This document shows, in pieces, positions 38,181 to 45,807 of a stretch of DNA of 48,934 nt. The notes below the pieces were generated by a model. The model was not told the DNA's origin, did no database searches, and worked only from the letters and a program-made list of their open reading frames with translations. This DNA comes from Acidimicrobiales bacterium (lineage in GTDB: Bacteria; Actinomycetota; Acidimicrobiia; Acidimicrobiales; Aldehydirespiratoraceae): assembly GCA_040263275.1 (NCBI GenBank), contig JBDQKM010000002.1, forward strand, positions 1 to 48,934, written 5' to 3'. Each line of letters opens with the position of its first letter. Position 1 is the stretch's first letter. A program made the translations under genes and the position numbers.

Positions 38181-39885
38181 CGGGACGATCTACGACGGCA
38201 CCGGCAGCGCACCGGTGGTGGGCGATGTCGCCGTCACCGGATCGACGATCGTCGCCGTCGGCGCGATCGACGAGACACTCGTCGGGCCGGAGACCGAGAT
38301 CGTCGATGCCACGGATCGGATCGTGACGCCCGGGTTCGTCGACGCCCACACCCACTACGACGGTCAGGTCACCTGGGATCCCTTCGTGCAGCCGTCCACA
38401 TTCCACGGAGTCACCACGGTCGTGACCGGCAACTGCGGCGTCGGTTTCGCGCCGTGCCAACCCGAGCAGCGCGACTGGCTCATCGGGCTGATGGAGGGAG
38501 TCGAGGACATTCCCGGCACCGCCCTCCACGAGGGCATCCAGTGGGACTGGGAGTCGTTCCCCGAGTACCTCGACGCCATCGAGCGCCGGGAACTCGCGAT
38601 CGATGTCGGCACGCAGGTGCCCCATGGCGCAGTGCGGGCCTACGTGATGGGGGAGCGCGGCGCGAACCACGAGCCCGCCTCGGCCGACGAGATCGCGGCG
38701 ATGAAGCACGTCGTCAAGGAAGCCATCGCCGCCGGAGCCCTGGGTTTCAGCACCTCCCGTACCGAGAAGCACAAGACGTCGTCCGGTGTGCTCACCCCCT
38801 CGATCACGGTCCACGAGGAGGAGCTGGTCGGAATCGCGGAAGCCCTCGGCGAGTTGGACGCCGGGGTCCTCCAGGGCATCTCCGACTTCTACGACTTCGA
38901 GGCCGAGTTCCGCATGTTCCGGGCCATGACCGAGGCGTCGGGCCGACCGTGCTCCATCACGGTCGAGCAGCAGGACGCCCGCCCGGAGTGGTGGACACAG
39001 CTACTCGACGCGGTCTCCGAGGCCCAGGCCGCCGGCCTTCCGATGCGGGGCCAGGTGCCGCCCCGAGCGACCGGTGTACTGCTCGGGCTCACCGCCACCC
39101 TCAACCCGTTCTCCTTCCATCCGTCGTACCGCCGGCTCCACCTGATGGAGCTCGACGACCGAGTCGCGGAGATGCGCAAGCCCGAGGTGCGCGCCGCGCT
39201 GCTCGCGGAGGAGTCGGCGATCTCCGAAGGCCTCGTCGGCGAGATCATCGGCAGCTGGCACAAGATGTACCGGCTGGGGGAACCGGCCAACTACGAGCCC
39301 GCTCCCGAGGAGTCGTTCGCCGGCCTCGCCGAGGCCCGCGGCTGCACCCCGCAGGAGGTCGCCTACGACGCCTTGCTCGAAAACGACGGCCGGGCCCTGA
39401 TCTATCACCCGCTGTTCAACTACGGCAGCGGCGACCTCTCCTTCGTGCAGGAGATGCTCGAGCACCCCCACACGACATTCGGACTCAGCGACGGCGGCGC
39501 CCACTGTGGGGTCATCTCCGACGCCAGCTTCCCCACCACCCTGATCCAGCACTGGGGGCGCGACCGCAGCCGCGGCCCGAAGCTCCCGCTCGCACAGCTG
39601 ATCTCGATGCAGACGAAGCAGACCGCCGAGCTGGTCGGGCTGCTCGACCGCGGCGTACTCGCGCCGGGGTACAAGGCCGACATCAACGTGATCGACTTCG
39701 AAGGGCAGACGCTCCACGAGCCGACGGTCGCCTACGACCTGCCCGCCGGCGGGCGGCGTCTCGTCCAACGGGCCTCCGGCTACGAGGTCACCATCGTGGC
39801 GGGCGAGATCGCGTTCCGCGACGGCGAGCCCACCGGTGCGCTCAACGGCCGCCTCGTCCGCGGCGCGCAACCGGCGCCCGCCTAG
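38158..39885 (+). CDS. N-acyl-D-amino-acid deacylase (D-aminoacylase) family amidohydrolase
   Basis: Real part of ORF 38101..39885, from ATG 38158. LVIRNGTIYDGTGSAPVVGDVAV..IVTPGFVDAHTHYDGQ, GLSDGGAHCG, and the C-terminal DINVIDF. Confidence 0.8.
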   Translation: MYSLVIRNGTIYDGTGSAPVVGDVAVTGSTIVAVGAIDETLVGPETEIVDATDRIVTPGFVDAHTHYDGQVTWDPFVQPSTFHGVTTVVTGNCGVGFAPCQPEQRDWLIGLMEGVEDIPGTALHEGIQWDWESFPEYLDAIERRELAIDVGTQVPHGAVRAYVMGERGANHEPASADEIAAMKHVVKEAIAAGALGFSTSRTEKHKTSSGVLTPSITVHEEELVGIAEALGELDAGVLQGISDFYDFEAEFRMFRAMTEASGRPCSITVEQQDARPEWWTQLLDAVSEAQAAGLPMRGQVPPRATGVLLGLTATLNPFSFHPSYRRLHLMELDDRVAEMRKPEVRAALLAEESAISEGLVGEIIGSWHKMYRLGEPANYEPAPEESFAGLAEARGCTPQEVAYDALLENDGRALIYHPLFNYGSGDLSFVQEMLEHPHTTFGLSDGGAHCGVISDASFPTTLIQHWGRDRSRGPKLPLAQLISMQTKQTAELVGLLDRGVLAPGYKADINVIDFEGQTLHEPTVAYDLPAGGRRLVQRASGYEVTIVAGEIAFRDGEPTGALNGRLVRGAQPAPA

Positions 39886-40337
39886 ACCGTCATCAGGGCA
39901 GCCGCGCATGCGGCGCCCAGCTCCCAGGCCGCAGCCGTCGCGGCCTCGTCGACCGCGCCGATCGACTCGAACACGGGTTGGACCAGCCGCCACTCGAGGC
40001 CGGTGGTGATCTTGTCGAGGGCGAGCGCGGCCCCCGTGGTGTCGGACTCGCCGTGGATCCAGGCGCCGTAGGGGCGGCCCCTGGTGACACCGAGACTCGG
40101 GTTGTAGACGACGTCGAAGAAGTGCTTGAGCGCGCCGCTGATGTAGCCGAGGTTGGCGGGCGTGCCGAGGAGGTAGCCGTCGGCGGCCGCCACATCGGCG
40201 GGTGTCGCCTCCAAGGCCTCGACGACCACGGCCTCGACGCCGTCGATGCCGTCGGCGCCCGTTCCCTCGACCACGGCGTCGAGCAGCGAACGCAGCCCGG
40301 CGCTGGGGGAGTGGTGGACGACCAGAAGACGTTGCAC
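39882..40337 (-). CDS. Flavodoxin-like NAD(P)H-dependent FMN reductase family protein
   Basis: Real part of ORF 39882..40559, from GTG 40337. LLVVHHSPSAG..ADGYLLGTPANLGYISGALKHFFD. Confidence 0.65.
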   Translation of the reverse strand: MQRLLVVHHSPSAGLRSLLDAVVEGTGADGIDGVEAVVVEALEATPADVAAADGYLLGTPANLGYISGALKHFFDVVYNPSLGVTRGRPYGAWIHGESDTTGAALALDKITTGLEWRLVQPVFESIGAVDEAATAAAWELGAACAAALMTV

Positions 40338-40362
40338 CTTCCCAGCCTGACAGAATCGGGGC

Positions 40363-40803
40363 GTGCGCCTCGTTTTCGTTCTCGTCGTCGTGGGCGCACT
40401 CGCGTCGTGCGGCGACGACGCCTCGGCGCCCACGCCGACTTCCACCACCACGGCGGAGGCGGCACCGCCGAGGGCCGATGCCGGCGACGGCCTGTTTCCC
40501 GACGTCGTCGATGCCGCGGCGACGTCGAGCGGCGATGGGACGTGGGACTTCTCGGCCACGATCAGCTCTCCCTACGACTCACCCGATCGCTACGCCGACG
40601 CGTGGCGGATCGAGGGGCCGGACGGCTCGGTCCTCGGCGTCCGCGAGCTCCTCCACGACCACGCATCGGAGCAACCGTTCACGCGGTCGTTGACCGGTGT
40701 CGCCGTCGATGCGTCGATCGAGGTCGTGACCATCGAGGGGCGTGATCAGGTGAACGGGTGGGGAGGGCAGACCTTCGAGCTTCGGCTCACCGAGGACGGA
40801 TGA
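40363..40803 (+). CDS. Hypothetical lipoprotein
   Basis: (M/V)RLVFVLVVVGALASCGDD contains a lipobox (LASC), followed by an Ala/Pro/Thr linker and a ~100-aa domain. Confidence 0.6.
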   Translation: MRLVFVLVVVGALASCGDDASAPTPTSTTTAEAAPPRADAGDGLFPDVVDAAATSSGDGTWDFSATISSPYDSPDRYADAWRIEGPDGSVLGVRELLHDHASEQPFTRSLTGVAVDASIEVVTIEGRDQVNGWGGQTFELRLTEDG

Positions 40804-40809
40804 CGAAGG

Positions 40810-41982
40810 TCAACCCCGGTGGCGTCGGTGGTGGCAGGAAGCACATCGGAGCTCGAGCTCGCTGGTGAGGGTGTGGCCGGTCTGTTCGTGGGCCGGGTTG
40901 TGGTCGTATTCGAGGAGTTCGTGACTTCCGCAGTCGCGACACGCCCGATCGCGTTCCTTGACGAACCGCTTCTGACGGATGCTGGGGTGGCGGCGGCGAT
41001 TGGAGACGTCGACGGGGTTCGCCTCGGCGTCGTGGATCATCGCCCGGAGGAACGCGGTGGGGGCGATGCGCTCGACCACGGAGTCGGTGATCGGGCTTCC
41101 GTCGTCGAGGGTTGCGCCATCGCCACGCACGTGGAGCACCACCTCGGTCGCGACCTCGCCCGTACCGTGAGCGAGCACCTCCTCGATGGCATCGGCGTAC
41201 TGCTGGTTGGTCGTCGGCCAGGTCCCATCCGGCTCTCGGCGGGCAGCGGAGCGCATCACGAGCCGGGTGAGTGTGGCGATCAGGATCCCGGCCAGCAACG
41301 GCGGCAGGCGCAACGTGAAGACCACCATGCCGTCGGCCTCGGTGCGCCATTTCACGCCGCGAAGGGCGTGCTGATGCGCCTCCAGATCGCCAGGGTCGGC
41401 CTGGCCCGTGAACCACACGGCCAGCGCCCGTCCCAGCTCGGACGCCGGCACGTCGACCGCGATCGCCAGCAGGTCGGCCTCGTTCTCGACCGTCGCGAAA
41501 CGGGTCAGGGTCCGCACCTTCGAGTACGAGACCACGCCGCCCTCGAAGGTCCCGGCGATCGCCGGCAGATCACGAAGCTTGTGACCGATGCGGATCCACT
41601 CGCGGGCCGTGCACGTCTCGACGTCGGCGGTTGCCGCCAGCCAATGCGCTGCGGTGGGCGACTCCAGCACCCATTCGGCCGAGTCTGCGAACTCGGCCGC
41701 CAGCGTTACCAGCCGGAACTGCGCATCGGCCCACCGCCGGGTCACGTCGACGAGCGCCGACGCCAGCGGACGCGTGCCCGCACCGTCCGAAACCGCACCA
41801 CTCCCTGTAACACTCTTCCCTGCAACACTCTGGACACCCATCGCCGACCTCCATGCAAATGACTCACGTGGGGGACCGGCCGGAGGGTCTTGCGGGATCA
41901 CCTGAGCGGAGGACCTGGTCGAGCTTCGCTCGACCGCAGCGTACCCAGGGGGTGTGACACCCAAGAGCCGTGACCGGAACAC
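40810..41982 (-). CDS. DUF222 (13E12-repeat type) protein with a C-terminal HNH endonuclease motif
   Basis: C-terminus RDRACRDCGSHELLEYDHNPAHEQTGHTLTSELELRCASCHHRRH (HNH with Cys4). The upstream region is DUF222-like (AQFRLVTLAAEFADSAEW). The start may instead be the ATG at 41841. Confidence 0.75.
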   Translation of the reverse strand: MFRSRLLGVTPPGYAAVERSSTRSSAQVIPQDPPAGPPRESFAWRSAMGVQSVAGKSVTGSGAVSDGAGTRPLASALVDVTRRWADAQFRLVTLAAEFADSAEWVLESPTAAHWLAATADVETCTAREWIRIGHKLRDLPAIAGTFEGGVVSYSKVRTLTRFATVENEADLLAIAVDVPASELGRALAVWFTGQADPGDLEAHQHALRGVKWRTEADGMVVFTLRLPPLLAGILIATLTRLVMRSAARREPDGTWPTTNQQYADAIEEVLAHGTGEVATEVVLHVRGDGATLDDGSPITDSVVERIAPTAFLRAMIHDAEANPVDVSNRRRHPSIRQKRFVKERDRACRDCGSHELLEYDHNPAHEQTGHTLTSELELRCASCHHRRHRG

Positions 41983-42062
41983 CGAGCGCCACCACCCCGG
42001 ACACGCGTCCGCGGGATCGAATCCGGAGCCTGCGCCGACCTCTGGTGGCTACTCTCGGGGCC

Positions 42063-42650
42063 ATGACCGACCTGCCCTCCACTGACGACATCCCCGAGGT
42101 TTCGTGGACCCGCATGGAGGAGGGCACCGCTGCCGACTACGCGGTGCTGACGACCGCGGCCGTGGCGCACACCGGCGGCGCACTCGTCGACAACCTCCTC
42201 ACGATGCTCGACCTGCTGAAGGGACCGAACCTCGGATACCAGATCAACCGCTACGAACACTCCCTGCAGTCCGCCACCCGCGCCTACCGGGCCGACGAGT
42301 CGGACGACCTCGTCGTCGGTGCGCTCCTCCACGATGTCGGCGATGTGTTCGCGCCCGAGAACCACAGCGATGCGGCCGGCGCGCTTCTCGCTCCCTACGT
42401 CGACGAGCGGACCGAGTGGATCGTTCGCCACCACGGCATCTTCCAGGGCTACTACTACTTCCATCACCTCGGTGGCGACCGCAACGCCCGCGAGCACTAC
42501 CGGGACTCGCCGCACTACGACGCGTGCGTTGCCTTCTGCGCCGAGTACGACCAGAACTGCTTCGACCCGAACTACGACACCTTGCCCATCGGCGAGTTCG
42601 AGCCCCTGCTCCGCGAGGTCATGAGCCGTCCATCACGCTTCGACACCTGA
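42063..42650 (+). CDS. HD-domain metal-dependent protein (possibly a PhnZ/MIOX-like oxygenase-type HD protein)
   Basis: Real part of ORF 41970..42650, from ATG 42063. YEHSLQSA..GALLHDVGD..ENH..IVRHHGIFQGYYYFHH supplies several His/Asp ligand candidates. The subfamily assignment is a guess. Confidence 0.6.
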   Translation: MTDLPSTDDIPEVSWTRMEEGTAADYAVLTTAAVAHTGGALVDNLLTMLDLLKGPNLGYQINRYEHSLQSATRAYRADESDDLVVGALLHDVGDVFAPENHSDAAGALLAPYVDERTEWIVRHHGIFQGYYYFHHLGGDRNAREHYRDSPHYDACVAFCAEYDQNCFDPNYDTLPIGEFEPLLREVMSRPSRFDT

Positions 42651-42662
42651 CAGACTCGGCGG

Positions 42663-42980
42663 ATGCTCACGCTCTACCACAACCAGAATTGAAGCAAGGC
42701 TCGCGGGGCGGTCGCCCTGCTCGACGAACGCGGGGTCGACTACACGATCCACGACTACATCGCCGATCCACTCGATGCCGCGACGCTGACCGAGCTCGTG
42801 GCCATGGTCGGCGGTGACCCGGCGGCGATGGTGAGGGCATCCCTCGACGACACCAGCGCCGCGGCGGTGGTGGCCCACCTGGTCGAGAACCCGGCCGACA
42901 TGCAACGACCCATCGCCGTGCTCGACGGCCGCGCCGTCTTCGGCCGCCCGTCCGAGCTGGTGCTCGACCTCCTCGACTGA
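42663..42980 (+). CDS. ArsC-family (Grx-type arsenate reductase fold) protein with an in-frame TGA at the catalytic Cys position; candidate selenoprotein, 105 aa
   Basis: ATG 42663, 12 nt after the HD-gene stop. MLTLYHNQN-U-SKARGAVALLDERGVDYTIHDYIADPL... aligns with the ArsC N-terminus IYHNPAC(12)GTSRN, and the TGA at 42690..42692 sits at Cys12. The C-terminus NPADMQRPIAVLDGRAVFGRPSELVLDLL matches ArsC ..INRPIV....RLCRPSEVVLDIL. A SECIS-like hairpin follows the TGA. Confidence 0.7.
42703..42720 (+). promoter_or_regulatory. SECIS-like hairpin downstream of the ArsC-family TGA
   Basis: GCGGGGC-GGUC-GCCCUGC forms a 7-bp stem (one G.U pair) starting 10 nt after the UGA. From memory, GGUC is the same apical tetraloop sequence as the E. 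coli fdhF SECIS. The loop G-U falls at nt 22-23 from the U of UGA. Confidence 0.55.
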
Positions 42981-42985
42981 GCGCC

Positions 42986-44179
42986 CTACTGGATCTGATC
43001 GAGCGCGGACTCGAGTCGGGCCACCGCAGCATCGACGTCCAGCAGCTTGTCGAGCCCGAAGAGCCCCAAGCGGAAGGTCGAGAAGTCGTCGCCCTCGCCG
43101 CACATGAGCGGCACGCCGCCGGCGATCTGTAGGCCGGCTGCGGCGAACTTGCTGCCGTTCTTCACGTCGGGATCGTCGGTGTAGGACACGACGACACCCG
43201 GGGCCCCGAAACCCTCGGCGGCGACGCTGGCGATGCCGCGAGCACCCAGCAGGGCACGCACCCGGTCACCCAGCTCCTGTTGGGCCTGCTGCACCACGTC
43301 GAAACCGATCGCCTCCGTCTCGGCCATCACCGACCGGAAGGACGTGATCGCGTCGGTCGGCATGGTCGCGTGGTAGGCGTGACCCCCCGACTCGTAGGCG
43401 GCCATGATCTGGCGCCATTTGCCCAGGTCACAGGCAAAGCTGGTGCTCTGCGTCTCTGCCAATCGGACCCCGGCCGCCTCGTTCAGCATCACGAGCGCGC
43501 CGAACGGAGAGCCCGACCAGCCCTTCTGCGGGGCGCTGACCAGGACATCGATGCCGACGTCGGCCATGTCGACCCAGATCGTGCCCGAGGCGATGCAGTC
43601 GAGCACGAACAAGCCGTCGACCGCGTGGGTCGCCGCCGCGACCGTGCGCAGATAGTCGTCGGGAAGGATCATGCCGGCCGACGTCTCGACGTGGGGAGCG
43701 AACACCACTGCGGGACGCTCGGATTCGATCGTGGCCACCACCTCGTCGAGCGGGGCGGGCGCGAACGGCTCCGTGGGCCCCTCCGTCGCACGGCGGGCGG
43801 CGAGCACGGTGTGCGACGACGGGATCGAGCCCATCTCGAAGATCTGTGTCCACCGGTAGGAGAAGAAGCCGTTGCGCAGCACGAGACAGTGCTGGTCCGT
43901 GGCGAACTGGCGCGCCACCGCTTCCATGCCGAAGGTGCCGCTGCCCGGCACGATCGTCGCCGAGTTCGCCGAGTAGACGTCGCGGAGGGTGCGACTCACG
44001 TCGGTCATCACCGACTGGAAGCTCTGGCTCATGTGGTTGAGTGCACGGTCGGTGTAGACGACCGAGTACTCGAGGAGACCGTCGGGGTCGACATCGGGAC
44101 GCAGGCCAGGCATGGATCGCTCGCTTCGGGAGGTGGGAACGGAGCGCCCACGATCCCAGACGCGGGCGACGACTGCCAT
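42986..44179 (-). CDS. Class V (AGXT/PhnW-like) PLP-dependent aminotransferase
   Basis: ATIVPGSGTFGMEAV, VFAPHVETSAGMI, VLDCIASG, and SAPQKGW (the PLP-lysine motif). The start may instead be the ATG at 44113 (MPGLRPD..). Confidence 0.75.
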   Translation of the reverse strand: MAVVARVWDRGRSVPTSRSERSMPGLRPDVDPDGLLEYSVVYTDRALNHMSQSFQSVMTDVSRTLRDVYSANSATIVPGSGTFGMEAVARQFATDQHCLVLRNGFFSYRWTQIFEMGSIPSSHTVLAARRATEGPTEPFAPAPLDEVVATIESERPAVVFAPHVETSAGMILPDDYLRTVAAATHAVDGLFVLDCIASGTIWVDMADVGIDVLVSAPQKGWSGSPFGALVMLNEAAGVRLAETQSTSFACDLGKWRQIMAAYESGGHAYHATMPTDAITSFRSVMAETEAIGFDVVQQAQQELGDRVRALLGARGIASVAAEGFGAPGVVVSYTDDPDVKNGSKFAAAGLQIAGGVPLMCGEGDDFSTFRLGLFGLDKLLDVDAAVARLESALDQIQ

Positions 44180-44289
44180 CCTCAGGCCATCCGCGGCCCG
44201 ACGCGGGAAGATCCCTGTCCACCTGGGTCACGATGCGGTACGGTCTGCCAGCAATTGTCCGTACATTTATCCAAGGCTCTGAAGGACAC

Positions 44290-45798
44290 GTGACCCGGCT
44301 CGGCTTCCTCCTCGACAGCGATTCCTGCATCGGGTGCCACGCCTGCACGGTGGCGTGCAAGAGCGAGCACGACGTGCCGCTGGGCGTGAATCGCACCTGG
44401 GTGAAATACATCGAGACCGGCTCGTTCCCGAACGTCAGCCGCCACTTCTCGGTGATGCGCTGCAACCAGTGCGACGACGCCCCGTGCATGTCGATCTGCC
44501 CCACCAACGCGCTCTACCGGGCCGACAACGGGGTCGTCGACTTCAACGACGACAACTGCATCGGGTGCAAGGGCTGCATGAACGCCTGCCCCTACGACGC
44601 GCTCTACATCAACCCGGCCACGAACACGGCCCACAAGTGCAACTTCTGCAACCACCGCATCGAGCAGAACCTCGAGCCGTCGTGCGTGGTCGTGTGCCCG
44701 ACCCACGCCATCAAGGTGGCAGACCTCGACGACCCGCTGAACCTCGCCACGAGCATCATCGCCCGCGACGACGTCGCGGTCCGCGCCCCCGAACAGGGGA
44801 CCAACCCGAAGGTGTACTACCGGGGCGCCGACCAGGCGTCGCTGAACCCGCTCCGAACCGCCATCGCGAACGACGGGATGATCTGGGCCGACACCACACC
44901 GGCCCATCCGACCGTGCCACCCGACAGCCATGGCGTGGTCGCCCGTACCACCTACACCACCTCACACCAGATGACGTGGAAGGAGAAGGTGTCGGGCTAT
45001 CTCGTCACCAAGGCGATCGCGGCGGGCGTGATGCTGGTCGCCGCGCTGTTGGTGCTCCTCGGCCACAGCGACGAGCAGGCTGCGGTCGGCGTGGTCCCCC
45101 CGATGGTGGCCGGCGTCTTCCTCGCCCTCACCGGCGTGCTGCTCGTCGCCGACCTGAAGCAGCCCGGCCGCTTCCACTACCTGATCACCCGCGGGAGTTG
45201 GGAGTCCTGGCTCGTGAAGGGGGCCTACATCCTCGCCGGCTTCGCTGCGCTCATGGCGGCGTGGTGGGTCGCCGGCCTGGCCGACATGCACCGGACCATC
45301 GAGGTCCTCGCCATCCCGACCGCGCTGTTCGCCGCAGGCACCGCCGGCTACACCGCCTTCCTGTTCGCCCAGTGCGAGGGCCGAGACCTCTGGCAGACCC
45401 CGCTCCTGCTTCCGACGCTGTTGGCCCAGTCGGTCGCCGCCGGTGGCGCCACGTACGCGATCATCGATCTCTTCATGGAGGTGCCGTCGAGCGACGCGAC
45501 CCAGTGGGCGTTCCTCGGCGGGACCGTGGTCACCCTCGCGCTGATCTGGATCGAGGCCTCGTCGAAGGGCACACCCCACGTCGAGGCCGCGCTCCATCAG
45601 ATGATCCGCGGCGCCTACGCCAGCCGCTTCCGGTTCGGCGTCGCCGGGCTCCTCGTTGCCGCTGCGCTGGTGGTCGCCGCCCTGGCGACCGACGCCGGGC
45701 CCGGCCTCGGAGCCCTCGCCGGCGTGATCGCGGTCGCCGCCCTCTGGGCGTATGAAGACGCCTTCGTCCGCGCCGGCCAATCCGTGCCCCTCTCCTAG
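44290..45798 (+). CDS. Fused 4Fe-4S dicluster (PsrB/DmsB-like) and NrfD/PsrC-like 8-TM membrane anchor subunit
   Basis: GTG 44290 with GAAGGA SD upstream (alternative ATG at 44233). Four Cys clusters: CIGCHACTVAC, CNQCDDAPC, CIGCKGCMNAC and CNFC..C. The same frame then runs into eight hydrophobic helices with no stop codon. Confidence 0.8.
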   Translation: MTRLGFLLDSDSCIGCHACTVACKSEHDVPLGVNRTWVKYIETGSFPNVSRHFSVMRCNQCDDAPCMSICPTNALYRADNGVVDFNDDNCIGCKGCMNACPYDALYINPATNTAHKCNFCNHRIEQNLEPSCVVVCPTHAIKVADLDDPLNLATSIIARDDVAVRAPEQGTNPKVYYRGADQASLNPLRTAIANDGMIWADTTPAHPTVPPDSHGVVARTTYTTSHQMTWKEKVSGYLVTKAIAAGVMLVAALLVLLGHSDEQAAVGVVPPMVAGVFLALTGVLLVADLKQPGRFHYLITRGSWESWLVKGAYILAGFAALMAAWWVAGLADMHRTIEVLAIPTALFAAGTAGYTAFLFAQCEGRDLWQTPLLLPTLLAQSVAAGGATYAIIDLFMEVPSSDATQWAFLGGTVVTLALIWIEASSKGTPHVEAALHQMIRGAYASRFRFGVAGLLVAAALVVAALATDAGPGLGALAGVIAVAALWAYEDAFVRAGQSVPLS

Positions 45799-45807
45799 GA
45801 CCCGCCG

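Noticed and set aside
34519-40745. Long ORFs 34519..36498 (+), 36231..38147 (+), 37150..38814 (-) and 38454..40745 (+)
   Set aside because: They are antisense or out of frame relative to recognisable genes (BVMO, amidohydrolase, NTF2-like, D-aminoacylase, flavodoxin-like). Their Arg/Pro/Gly-rich composition is typical of wrong-frame reading of high-GC DNA.
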